From assembly GCF_004010195.1 (NCBI RefSeq), contig NC_057756.1, positions 2,916,776-2,980,775 of the forward strand: DNA of 64,000 nucleotides, in the 5' to 3' direction. Positions within the stretch are counted from its first letter, which is position 1. Each line of letters opens with the position of its first letter. Shown here in pieces: positions 40,141-52,790 of this stretch. The notes under the pieces are model-generated. The model had not been told where the DNA came from. It ran no database searches and was given only the letters and a program-made list of their open reading frames with translations. This DNA is from Chiloscyllium plagiosum (Eukaryota). The translations under genes were made by a program, and so were the position numbers.

Positions 40141-41039
40141 TAATGTTTTTAAAAGTGCCTTGCAGATCAATGGTGGTATTGTTCATAAAGAAAACCCTGA
40201 TGGTTCCATTGCTGCGAGTTTGTCAAGAATTACGGAATATATTGGCATAAGAAGATTTTTTTGTATGTGGTGTTTTCTTCTGCAAGAACACAAAGCAGCC
40301 CCATAAACCTGCATTACCTTTCCAGCTGCTGAAATACCTCTCTTCGCAAGGAGAGAACAAAACATGAAAATATAATCTCGAAACTTCAGGAGGACTATTG
40401 ACAGGATATATTGAAATGAATATGATTAGACTGCTATATATGATCACATATTTTACATCACGGAATATTTAGACATTAACCTTAAACAGCCTTAATGAAT
40501 TAGTAAATCAGCTTAAAATAACATTTTTTTCAGAATCGCATTTGTTATATGAACAATAGCATCCATGTAAGAAAACCTCAAATCTGATGATATGTCATTC
40601 CAAAATCCACTGACAGAAAATAATCACGTATGGATTTTCCTTTTCGCTCTACTTACAAGGTTAAACATTTGTTACTGAAGTTGCAAAAATAAACAATTGC
40701 TGATGCATTATCAAAGGGAAATCAAGTTTGACATGGGAGATGTTCCATTCGTCTGGAAGGATACAGCAACAACAAACATGCAGGATTTCAATAACACTAC
40801 AAGCCAAAACAATAGATTGCAATTTCACAAAGTGCAATACAAAATATCTGCCTTGATTAATTCTTGTGCGCTATTGCATGAGGCTTATCGACACATTTTC
40901 TCCTAATTGCCCAACCACGTTTTAAAAGTAACTTTTTCAAAAACACTGACTACCAAAAAGACAGGCAATCTGTTGCTTGTGAACATCAGCAAATGAAAAG
41001 GAACGAGGAGATGCAGACATAGCATGATCTCATAAAGTC

Positions 41040-42400
41040 AGTTCATTTAACTCATTTACTGTAATTCCGTAAGGACATTCCATGCCCAGTAACCAAACGG
41101 GGAATGAGTGGATTTGTTATTTCTGGATTTCCAGAAAGCTTTCAACATGTCAATCAAAGTGCTAATGTATAAGATTAAGGTACATGACGTTGCAGGTAAT
41201 GTGTTATCATGGGTCGTAGATCGATTAATGAACAGAAAGCAAATAGTTCAGATTACATGGGTGCCTTGCTTTTTGGTTATCAATGTCCAGTAGTGTGCTC
41301 AGTGATCAGTCATGGGACTGCAATTATTTACAATTTACAAAAATGCATAGATTTGCACAGCAAATGATTTATGTAAAATATTGCACATGACACTATAACG
41401 AGTAGTAGAGGTAAATGTGTAGAGAAGACTGAAAGTCTGCAGAGATATATAATTATGTTAAGTCAGTGGGCAAGGACCTGGCAGAGGCACGAAAATATTG
41501 GTGAATGCGAGGTCATCCATTTTCTTAGGGATAACAAAAAATAACTATAATTTCAATGCTGACTAATACAGTATGCTACTGTGCAGTGTGACCTAGCTGA
41601 ACTTGTGTGCATGAATCACAAAAGTTAGGCTGCAGGTGTAGCAGATCATTAAGAATGGAAACGATCTATTGTTCTTCATTACAATAGGGATAGCGTTTAA
41701 AATAAAGAAGTTTATGCCGGAGCTGTGTAGGAGTTCGTGAGACAACACCTGGCATATTGTGTACAGTTTTTTTTTCTCCTTACTTGAGAAAGGATGCAAT
41801 GGAGGAGATGCAGGGGACGTTCATTAGATTGATTCGAGAATTATGAGGTTTCACTTATGAGGAGAGGTGAAGTAGACTGGATTAGAGTGGTGCTGCAAAA
41901 GCACAGCAGGTCCACCACCACTTTAATCCTGACTCGGGTTTCCAGCGTCTGCAGTCCTCGTTTTTAGCAGGCTGGGTCTATTAAGTAGACTGGGTCTATT
42001 TCCATTAAGATATCGAAGCATCAGGTAGATTCTTATAGCAACATGATAATTACTAAGGGAATGGACAATCTCGAAACAGGAAGTTTGCTTCCACTGATTG
42101 GTGAAACTGTATTATGTCTTAGAGCCTCAAGATAAGGCAAAGCAGAGTGAGGACAAGGTTGAGCAGGAATTCCTTCGCCCAGGGTGTTTTCTACCTCTCG
42201 CTTTACATGCTCAGTGAAGAATATGGGCTTGCCCCGTTGAATGATTTTCAGGCAAATATAGATAGATTTTTTAATAGTTAAGGGATTAAGCTGACTGCTA
42301 ATTGGAGCTGTGTGCACAAAAGTTCAGCCATGACCCTAATGAATGGTGGTTCAAAATCGATGGGCCAGATATAGAATTCCTGCTCAATTTCTTATTCTCT
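41040..42400 (+). mobile_element. CR1-type LINE 3' remnant with a small PLE-tail insertion at about 41881-41965
   Basis: DLLFLDFQKAFN...KIKVHDVAGNVLSWV (RT). The insert gagtggtgctgcaaaagcacagcagg...tccagcgtctgcagtcctc is flanked by agtagactgg-like repeats. Confidence 0.8.
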
Positions 42401-43078
42401 TACGTCTTATGAAGCGACTCGTTTTACTTGTTTATTCTTTGGTCAATGTTTAAATTCATAAAGCTGCTTTGCAATGCAGGGCCAATAACTACAGGGGACA
42501 GATGTTGGTGTTTCAAAGTTGTATTCATTGACATCTGTCTGACAGTCAGCAATATAAAAACTGTGCATGCTATCTTTGGTGAGATTTTCCATTCTGAACA
42601 TAATTAAAGACGAAAGTGACGGCTGCAACTGCTGGAGATTATAGTCGAAAAGTGTGGCCTTGAAAAACACAGCAGGTCAGATAGCCTCCAACGATCAGGA
42701 CATAAGTGTGTTAAATGATTTCCTATGTCTGAAAGAATATATTGGCAACTTGCCCTCCAGACACATTAGCTCTCTCTGATTTTGGTTGTCTCCAGATTGT
42801 CAGTTGGAAAATGATTGGTTGAAAATGGAGTACATATGAATTTAATGTTACATACGAATTCAATGTTACATAGCTGTTTACATATTTGTGTTATGTCAAA
42901 AAAGTATGTTACAAATTATGTTTTCAGGCCTCATTGAATTTCTAACTAGGAATTATATGTGTATGTGTGTGTGAGGGAGAGAAAGAGAGAGCAAGAGAGA
43001 TATTGATCAATGCATCATCAGCTTGTTCATTGTATAACTGAAGTTTATCATGTGAATTCATATTTTTCTCTCAAACAG

Positions 43079-43105
43079 GAACAAGTGACCTTCAGTTCGG
43101 AATAG
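43079..43105 (+). CDS. Candidate micro-exon E6 (27 nt, phase 1-1): GTSDLQFGI
   Basis: Acceptor tatttttctctcaaacAG; donor TAG|GTAAAA; open frame. Confidence 0.6.
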   Translation, partial: EQVTFSSE

Positions 43106-44339
43106 GTAAAACATGGCATGGAAAGTACTGAGATGACGAATTGCTCAATTGCTGCATGCACTTCTAATGAGTTGTATTTTCCCCAAAGGTCGCTGGAATA
43201 TATTAGTGATAATTATTTAAGAAAGGGCTATGATTATAAACAAACACAGGTAAGGAAAATAATACAAAAGCGAATCTCTTTTACATAACAATACTTCTTT
43301 CAAGAATGTTTTGGATGAAAGCGTGGAGTTCAGGTACATTCGAAATCGCACCACAGGACTATAAATATGCGGCCATTCAAACAGAGTGTATGGAATTCAA
43401 ATGAGAGAGTGAAGCATACTATAAATAGGGATTGGCTTTCCCCCTACCCCAACCCACTGAAATTCCCTGGAAATAATTTAACATTAATCCCATACAGCAG
43501 CCTAAAAAAAAGTCATCATGAATACAATATCAGTTCTACTTTTACTGGGGAACATAACATCACAATTGTATTCTGAACGATTGCTGACTCAGAAGTTCAG
43601 GTACTGTAAAAGCGCTTATGAGTCAGATTTGCAAATTGAAATAGTTAAAATGCAAGTGTGGGTTAATTGCATATGTCAAAGTAGTTATTCTTTTCTCTCT
43701 AGGAACACATTTCACATTTTAGTTAGATGGTTGAACTTGTGTGCTTCATAAATCAAAACAAGCACATTGAATCTGGCAGCATTGTCTGGGAATATGCATG
43801 TTATGAGCATTGTTTGTTAACATGTTTTCTCTAAATTATGTATTACGAGATCAAATAACCAATGACGTATTCTACAACGAGTAATACACATAATGACCTT
43901 GAAATGGAAAAGCACTACCTAAGACATCGATGATAAGCGATATCTAGTATACAACTGAGTACTGTTCTACATTTTAGTTAATAATGATTTCATTCGGCAA
44001 ACATTAACTATAATTTTCAGTTCAGTAATTGGAATCATAAGAAGAGAGACATTAACTAATTTGAAATTCATCCATACATTTAATTTCAGGATCAGAAATA
44101 TACAGTGGGCTACATTAAAATACGCAACTCAATGCATTCAGTGGTTAGATACCCAGAACTATATATTGCTTACAAAACAGACTTTCTGTCAGTCTATGTG
44201 AACAGAAGAATTCTTATAATGTTTGAAAAAGGATCTGAAACGTCTGCGTGTTTGAACGTTTCTGAATCCCAGAATGTACCAATATTTCTGGTAAAGATCA
44301 GAAAAACAAATGGGAGAACGTGAGAAGTCTCTAAAAATA

Positions 44340-45430
44340 ATTTGCAACAACAGAACGTTCATAAAATAAAACTAAGCAAGTCTGGTAACATCTTTGAAAA
44401 GAAAATAAATTTTATGTGCCATGTCCTTTGACGTTTCTTCAGAAGTGATGGCAACTCATAAAATGTTAGTATATATGCTTACGCTGCAGGTATTGAAGAT
44501 GCATTAAACTGGAGGTGGAGTTGAAGGTGGAGTTAAGAGAGAGAGAGACAGAGAGCGACAGAGAGAGACAGACAGAGACACAGACAGAGGGAGAGAGATG
44601 GAAAGAGAGAAAGCGATAGAAAGCTGGAAAGAGCAATAGATCACAGACGAAGGAATGGAGTAACTGAAAGTCTGTGAGAATTCATAGTTCCAAACGGGAA
44701 CCAATGGTAGCTGACAACTGGGTTGTGTCAGTGGCCCATATGACGACAAGAACTGGTGTTTGGTTTTTGGTCTGCTGCTATGGGAAATGTTTTAACGTTA
44801 TTCAAATTCATCACAAGGGCTGAAGGCTGCAGGGCACCGCAAGTGGATAAATTACATTATATTTCAGCACTTTGCGTTGAGTATCGCTGGTGGTGTCCAG
44901 CAAGCGAAAGAGATGTTTGCCAGGGAACAGCGAGGGTTCCTGAAGTGACAAACAACAAGAAAATGTGTCAGACTTTGCAAAAAATAAATCAGGTCGCCAA
45001 GTCTTCTTTTTCCCTGTCCAATTTCCAGCAGATCACATTGTGAACAGCAATCACATTCGAGTTGAGTGAGCCAACTGGAAGGAAGTCATCACTTGATTTT
45101 TGAAGATGGAGCAGGGGCCTTAAGTACTGATGAGCGACATCATAAATGGTCAGCAGTCAGGCATTCCGAAATGACATTTAAATGTTATTGTTGGAATGGG
45201 TAAGAAACTGATAAGACCCTCGAAATATTGAATTCGCTATTCAATTCTGAAGGCTACATGGAGGCCAAGTGTAAAATGAGGTGGTCATGTTCAATCTTCG
45301 AAATATCATTCAGCAAACCTGAGGCACAGATGTTGTCAAGCGAGCATTCTCGAATGTCTGTAACAGCACTACCGCTTTCGCCGAACTAATGTGTGCTTTT
45401 ATTTACTGAAGATTAGTTGATGCAAGGGTG
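44340..45430 (-). mobile_element. Decayed PLE-like 3' region containing a (GA)n/(GACA)n microsatellite at 44535-44620
   Basis: Weak resemblance to the minus-strand PLE tail (acgtttcttcagaa; tgaaggctgcagggc; aaatgaggtggtcatgttc). The microsatellite is seen directly. Confidence 0.45.
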
Positions 45431-45559
45431 CTGAGTGGTATGTTCCAAGGCAACACATTGCACACTTTGTGAGGTATTTCTTTTAAAGGTGTAACAATAA
45501 TATCAGCTTGAATGGATGGTGTCAAACTCTAACAGAACCTGACATTTAGTTCAAATTTC

Positions 45560-45942
45560 AGTAGCTGTTGCGGTTTAGAAACTGTGATACATCTCGAATT
45601 CGGAAAGAATAAAAAAAAAACCCGCTGGAGTTCATACATTGTGCCAGCGCTTATTCTAGAGCTTCTTTCCTCTGGAATTAGAGAAAATTTGCATATGAGT
45701 GAATTATTTTATTGAATTTGCCTTTATCAAGTGTTTTTTTATGGGATGTTACTACCTTGAAAAAAAACAAATCTGTAGTAGATAACTTATATGCTGTCTT
45801 TGTATTTTCTTACTTAGTATTTTAACTGCAATGTAAGAATAAAGTTTGTTTACATTTACAATGGCATTTTAGGATAACAAGAGAGCTGAGTTCTAGGATG
45901 TCTTCTTAATCTATTTAAGGGTGTTACGTTTGGTCCACAACA
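45560..45942 (+). mobile_element. Partial solo LTR related to the Gmr1-like LTR
   Basis: Ends tctaggatgtcttcttaatctatttaagggtg...ggtccacaaca, similar to tctaggatatcttcttaacatattttaagcgg...ccctaaca at 36222-36272. Confidence 0.55.
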
Positions 45943-46039
45943 ATATCAGTTACTGGCAGCAGGAACGATTAGATGTATAGCATTGGCATTCCATATAAAT
46001 GTTACTGTATTAATTTTTCTTTATAAACGCATTCAATAT

Positions 46040-46725
46040 TGTCAGAGTACTACATACTGTCCCTGTGCGAGAAATTTCCTAGCATGCACATCATGACCAA
46101 ATTGCCATGACTTCTGGGTTCATTAGTGCATTGTATACGCCAGCAACTCTGCCAGGTGATCTAAAGGCGCTCGCCATCTTATCACTGCACTGCTGATACA
46201 ATGATCCACGAAATTTTCTGTGGGCATGATTTTGAATTCCTCTGCGGTAGGCGATGGCACTTTGTGGTGAAAGGGTTAAAATTGTGTCCCAATACATGTG
46301 TGAATCTAACCGAAAATGGAAGGTGTCGCTTAGTCCCGTGTGAATCTTATTATACACCTTCCCGTGTGAATCTTCCTATCTGTATGTAACCAGAATGGAA
46401 TGTGTTTTTTAGCCTTGCTCTGCTGTTCACATGCATGTTTATATCTGGACAAGAGTATATCAGCTGGAAAAGTCTCCAGTTCGGTAGAGTCTGCTCCGGG
46501 GTTGCGTTTAACCGCCGAGCGTGGGTTGTTGGCAACCGCTCTACGAGAACTGACAGCTCCCAGTTCCGGTAACACGTAGAGTGAGTATAAACCAGACCCG
46601 TTGTAAGTACGAGACTGGTTGTGGCGACACTGCGGGGAATAAAACACTTATATTCTAGCAGACTCGCCTCTTGGCTGTTTGTTCTGTGTCAGACTACTTT
46701 CCTGCGAGCCTGGTCCTTGACCTTG
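46040..46725 (+). mobile_element. Putative solo LTR, CpG-rich
   Basis: Three gtgtgaatct repeats (46297-46372), TATA-like gtatatcag and gtataaa, AATAAA near 46638, and more CpG than the flanks. Boundaries uncertain. Confidence 0.5.
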
Positions 46726-46739
46726 AGAATTTTTTAAAA

Positions 46740-46985
46740 CACACTTGAACTCAATAAAAGAAAATCTGGAATGAAGAGGCTAATGATGACATAAGTCCAT
46801 TGTTGATTGTCAGGAAAAATCTATTTGTTTCACTAATGTTCTTGAGAGGACGAAACTGCCATACCTATCTAGTCTGGACTACATCTGATTTAAGACCAAC
46901 AACAATGTCGTTGACTCAAGCCTACCCTCTGGGATGGGCAAATTTCGCTGGCCGATCCAGAGATGTTGTCATCCCTTAATTGAAA
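46740..46985 (+). mobile_element. SacSINE1/DeuSINE-like SINE, 3' part
   Basis: ctaatgatgac...tgttgattgt...gtttcactaatg...caatgtcgttgactcaagcctaccctctg, matching the 39845 copy. Confidence 0.65.
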
Positions 46986-47935
46986 AAAAAGAATAGAAAA
47001 TCCTTCTCAAAAAATCACTTATCCTTCGATGTTTTGTGACTGGTCTAAACCTAATCCAATTTATGCTGACTGAATAAACCATTAAATTACAAATACTGCT
47101 TTGAATTTTGGTAACAACATCAGACTAAAAACGAAACACTGAGAATGCTGAGAAAATACAACAGTTCAGGCAGTATCAACACCCGAGAAACTGCACTGAA
47201 ATGTGAAGTCTTTTAAGAGTCTATTTTGGATCTAAGCTCTAATAGTCTGACATGTCTAACTGTATTTCTGTTGTACAGAATTTGGCAGTCCTCCCATATT
47301 TTCCAATAATTGGCTGTGTTTGTTTTTTTTCCCGCATTCACATGATTCAGCCTTTAATAAATTCAGACTACTTAAATGTCAGCCGTGTTTCATTTCAATG
47401 ATTTGACTGATTTCACAGGTTTTATTTCGACGAAAAGGAATCATTCACAAATTTAATCTGTTCATCATTTCCTCCGTCTATTCAACTGAACATGCCTTAA
47501 GGTCTGAGGTATCCTCTACCAACTTATCAATGATACCATTAAACTTAATATCGTTTTATATTTGTTTATTATTGTAACATATTACGATTATGTATGCTTA
47601 TATCTTTCAGTCCAATGCTTCAGGCAAAATTGAAGCTATGTCCGATTGCATTATCGTCTGATAATACATACTTAATATTAAAGTCATTTTTTTCCACCAG
47701 GTAGCATTCGAGGAACCAATGTTGCTGTTACTCCAGTGCACAGACGCATTGTAATTACCTATCCCTGAAATAGGAGAAATGACTTCCATGCTAAAGATGA
47801 ATTTCGTGGAAATGAACACGAACCAGATAACAGTTTTAATAGTAAAGTTCGTTATGAATTCCAGAAATTGTAACTTAGGGAGCTGTTCAGTAACGTAAGC
47901 AAAATATTGACGTTCATACTTTACTTTTCTTCTAG

Positions 47936-47962
47936 TTGCGAGAAATCTCTACCTGGAGAAAG
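47936..47962 (+). CDS. Candidate micro-exon E7 (27 nt, phase 1-1): VARNLYLEK
   Basis: Acceptor tactttacttttcttctAG; donor AAG|GTGATA; open frame. Confidence 0.65.
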
Positions 47963-49577
47963 GTGATACCTCACTTTCTTGCGCTTTTGTTTTGATAATA
48001 AAAAAAAAACTTTTCATCATTTACCTTACATTGGTATCCACTCGTAACTTTGAATTTATTTCAGTAATTTCGAAAATACTTCATTCATCCATAAAATGGA
48101 GTTACTTGTTTTAAATAATGAATCTGTTTTGTCAGTGATGCGGTTAGTGGTTAATATCTATTATTCTGCCATATTGTCCAATTGAAAAACTAGTTCAATT
48201 TCCATCATTTGTTCATTTCACACAATTTTATAAAGTCTGTTCATTGGATATGTAATCAAGTAGGGATCATATCATGTCTGTCTCTAATCGCTTTGCTGAC
48301 TAAAGAGAGTATTGCATAATGCAGAATGTCGAACGATAGTTTGACGTGCCTCCAATTCTTGTGTGGTTATGGAGAATAGGAGCAGTGTCAGATTATTGCA
48401 TTTCGTTTTTTTTTGTTGTTGAACGTGATTACAATTATCCTTGAATGGTAAATCGCTATTGATCAAAAGCACATCTTAATGATCCCCTTACCTAATGAAT
48501 TGCACACATATCTTGTTTAAATATGATTTCAAATTTGTCTTACAGAAGTCAAATAACAAATGAATTAAATAATGTGCGACTCATCATCCCGAATACCAAA
48601 AGTCCAAGAAATGAACATGACAAATAATTAAAGATTAGATTATGTCCTTATGAATCCAGGAGAGTAGGACTTTTGTATAGGTTTGACTTCTGGGCGCTCG
48701 AAGGAAATATATGTCAGCAAACCGATCAAAGAATTGTCATTGCCTCCAACTTATTTACAATAATGTAACTCAAAAAGTTTGCCTCCCCCTTGCACAGGGA
48801 TGAATAGTCTCCAATTAATTGTTTCTTAATTATTCATTCGTTATTGGATCTAGGCACGGCTAGTTGCCGCAGCATGTGTCCCATTCCTATGCCCTTTTTG
48901 TTAAACAACCTTTTTGAATGACTACTCGACAATCCAAAATTTAAATTGATTGGGGATTTGTAATTATGTTACAAAAATCCTGAAGAAGCAATGCCGCATT
49001 ACAACTAATGAGGTAAAAATAACAATATATGTTTGAGCTAGCACTAAATTGAAGCGAAATGAACATTCTCACATTGCTGTTAGTGGTTGCTCTCAACTTA
49101 TTTTCTAGAGCTACATAACCGGCATCGTCAACTAACTATTCAGTCAGCACTGTCGACCACTTAATAACCATTTTAAATAGAGATATTTCCTGAACGTGCA
49201 CTGTACTTTAATACGGAATTAGTCGAGACTTTATTGAAAATTTTGCTCGATAAGGAAAAGGGATGAAACAGTTTGTAGCATAGACAACCAGTGTCATTAA
49301 AGAAATGTTCGATGAAATTGTAGAGTAGACAAAGAATTGAATATCTCAAGTAAGACTGACAGGAATTAAATTACCCAACCTAATGTGTCATTCCAGTTTC
49401 CTTCTCACTTCCTCTTTGATATGAATGCTGTTTTTATAAATTGCCTTGAATTTCATTTCTGAGATATTATTTTGTTTTCTTGCAGGTCACTATATATTCT
49501 CAAACAATGTTATGTGTTTTGCATTTTATTCATATCATCATATTGGATATCTTTTTTTATTGTTTACTTTCTGTCAG

Positions 49578-49613
49578 AAATAGTCCGAATGCAAGTGGGA
49601 CTAAAAGTCGCCA
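49578..49613 (+). CDS. Candidate micro-exon E8 (36 nt, phase 1-1): EIVRMQVGLKVA
   Basis: Acceptor tttttattgtttactttctgtcAG; donor CCA|GTAAGA; same size, first codon and terminal A as E3. Confidence 0.65.
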
Positions 49614-50150
49614 GTAAGAAAAAAACCACGTCTCTCTATTTTATAACGTAAAGATTCCAATGATGTTGTCGAGACAATTTCACAGTATATTGTGACAAAA
49701 GCAACAATGATATATTGTGCCTAATTTTCCCTCTGGGCATATTGAGTTTTATGCATGTAGCCTTCTTCTGCTCTTCATTACCAGTTATTGATTGGTCGGA
49801 AGCCAATCTTTACCACTGCTGTTGCCTGCCAAAAAGAGTTAACTCGATTTCTGAACTCACTCTCCACCTGTAGATTACTCCTCACGCCATTCTCCAACCC
49901 AATTTCAGCATACTAACCAGCATTGTTCAGACTAAAATCATTATTTTATTTCTAAACAAAAGGTCACTGGTTCCTAAACGTTACTCTGCTTTCTGTCCAC
50001 ATATGCAGACCTGCTGAGTGTGCCCAGAAATTTCTGAATTTGTATCTATCCACTTGGATTGATCCATATATTATCATTACATAACAATAATCAATCTATT
50101 AGTTGATGGTCAATTCTTATTAATACTGCATTTTTAATTTTACTTTACAG

Positions 50151-50177
50151 AGAATAAAATTAAGGAGCAAACATCTG
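50151..50177 (+). CDS. Candidate micro-exon E9 (27 nt, phase 1-1): KNKIKEQTS
   Basis: Acceptor tttttaattttactttacAG; donor CTG|GTATGT; starts with AG like E4. Confidence 0.7.
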
Positions 50178-51479
50178 GTATGTATAACAATGTGCACAGT
50201 CTGTTTGATTGGTCGTTAATTCGAAACATTCCAAAACCAGCATCTACCATTCAATTAGAAAATAAGTGTGTAAGTTCACGAATATATTTTCTGATATTTC
50301 AAAATGCATCATTTTTCGCATATGAACAAATAAATGCAGCCACAGTGAATTCCATTTAATTCCTGATTTTTACAGTCTCGATTGTGCAATGGTAATTCTC
50401 CCTAAATTGGAGAATGAAGCTTATTGAAGAGTCACATGTTTCTGTCATTAGTCCCCATGTCAATGAGATACTGTAATTCACACTTAACGTTTGTCACAAC
50501 TCAATATAATATAGTATTGAAGAAGCAAACAATTCCATTACTCTTTTCAATGATCTGCTGCCCTTTTCTATATTTTTACAAATCCATTCTTAAAGGATAG
50601 TCAGTGACGACGCAGAAATGGTTGTCTTATGAATGTTTACAAGTTCCTCACACTCATTAACAACAAAACATCTCCACAGGCATTTAAGGAAGGAAAACGA
50701 TTAGTGATCCCTTTTACTTTACTTTTTGCACGCCATAGAGAGTGGACCAATTTAATGGCAGGCAACCAAAAACTGCAAAAGATGACTGCGTTTTGGTGTT
50801 GTGATGTTTGCGATATTGGTCTAGTTTTGTTATTGTAACTATTGATGATGTTACTCTGGAAAATTAAGAATCCACCTCTAGGATTGGGATGGGTGAACTC
50901 TATTGAGCAGATCAACAGCTGTTCTGTTAGATACCAAGATATCACTCCATGTAATGAGCATTAAATGCAGATGTACTGACTTCTTTCAAGCCACATTGGT
51001 CGACATGGTGGACTTAAATAAGGGCATTTTTTGGGTTTTTTTTCTCTGCATGCGGGAAGGTAGGAGTAGGTGAATCTAAACCGTGAGTAATGAGCTGGTT
51101 GTCATTGGGTTCTAACCTGTTCCATCAGAAAGTGTTAAACAGTTCAGGACGCTACTTCCTGAAATTTATACATATGTGCTTTTATTACAACCTTTTGCGT
51201 TCTTAAGGGGCCTAACAAGACACCTGCAGATAGGAAGATTCCCCTATTGAATTATGGAGCATGCTCGCTTGTTCAAAAGAAATGGTTCTTCAGCAATTTA
51301 ATGTGGTTTTATGATTCAAAAGTAATTAGTTGTTAGTGATTTAATGCATAAACCCTATGTATATCGAGCAGAGTAGGCATAATGCATGCATACATTTGTA
51401 TCTGAATACATGAAGCATTCAGAATAAATTTGATAAATTGTCAGTATATATCGAGGGAAATGAAATTGATTTCATTCGG

Positions 51480-51815
51480 GGAAATGATATCCCAGTAATA
51501 GGCGAAGATCTAATAATCTGCAACTTAATTCGTGGTCTGCAGACACGGGTTTGAATCCCGATGAAATAATTCATTTAAAAAAAATCCTGGGAGAAAGTAC
51601 ATATTTATTACCATTGTCGATTCTTGAAAAAACACATTTGGTCACAAATTTGGTCTCAAATGTCCAACATGTGACTTCTTTTAGAGTGGAGTGTGGCTGA
51701 CTCACACTTGTCTTCTGAAATTGTCAATGAAGCTACTTAGATCAAGGCCAGTGCGTGATGTGCAAAATCTCCTGACCAGCCATCAGCGGCCAAGTCCCAC
51801 GTCTGAATGAAAGAA
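51480..51815 (+). mobile_element. SacSINE1/DeuSINE-like SINE remnant
   Basis: B-box-like gggtttgaatcc, followed by accattgtcgatt and tgtggctgactc segments shared with the other copies. Confidence 0.55.
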
Positions 51816-52790
51816 AGAAATACAGAAACATGATTGCAAAGGCACAAAGTTCTGGAAATTAACATTTAGGAACATGTGAAATTTGGAAAGCCAAGAGTAA
51901 TGGATAAAATGGTGGACATCACTATAATTTCGGTAAGGACTTAAGGGAGTTGTGAGAAATGATCTGGACTTGAATAATGCAAATTTTATTTAGGAGGCTG
52001 TTTTTTCTTTAAATAAACGTTCAGCAAGTTAGGCATTGTTTTGACCGTCCATACTTGAGCCACTATTTAGTAACAGTTATGAATCACCACATAATTCATT
52101 CACATAAAAATGCATCATTAATTAAAGATCAACATTGGATATGATAACACGTATTTAGGGCCTTTGTTTGTTAAATGAAGGATCTCTTGCAACAAAAGTT
52201 CCTGAAGGAATAGTATTAATATACTTTTCAAAAATTCATTTCGACAAGACAAAATTACTTCGTTCAGAAACAATTGTATCTAATACAAATACGGTGACTT
52301 CCATTGAAGTGTAGATCGAGTTAGCTGCAATCAACTTGGCAGATATATTAACAAAAATCTTTGGAATATCGCAGCAATTCCGGTAGCATTTGGGAGAACA
52401 TAGTGCGAAGTATTAGTCAAATGTAACCGAATAAGGATGAAAGGTTTCAAGAAAGGGTAAAGCCAGTTATGGAGAGCCAGTGTGGTCAAGGTGAGATTAA
52501 TGAAAAAAGAGAAAGCATAAAAACAGGCAAAACGCGGTGATAGCCCAAAGCTCTGAATAATTCCAAAATCCATAATAGGGTGTACGAACAGATAACAGGA
52601 TCATAAAAAATAAGAAATATTAGATGATTGTTTGGGCGTCCATAGAGTGTAAATACAGACCAAATAACCTGAGATATATTGCTGGAAAATATTGCATTAA
52701 AATACGAATCAAATAATGGTAGAACATTGGAAAAATCCAGAACTGTTCAAGTAGAGTCGGCGTAGGTTCATGAAGTCTCGACTTGAGCCA

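Noticed and set aside
40514..40566. Good acceptor and GTAAGA donor around a 33-nt segment (40534-40566)
   Set aside because: It has a TAG stop in phase 1, so it is incompatible with the exon chain; it is open in phase 0, which does not fit.
42918..42950. 33-nt phase-1 candidate GLIEFLTRNYM
   Set aside because: The donor lies at the edge of a GT repeat, and joining it to E6 creates a TGA stop.
48546..48573. Acceptor followed by a 28-nt segment
   Set aside because: The length is not a multiple of 3, there is a stop in phase 1, and the donor is weak.
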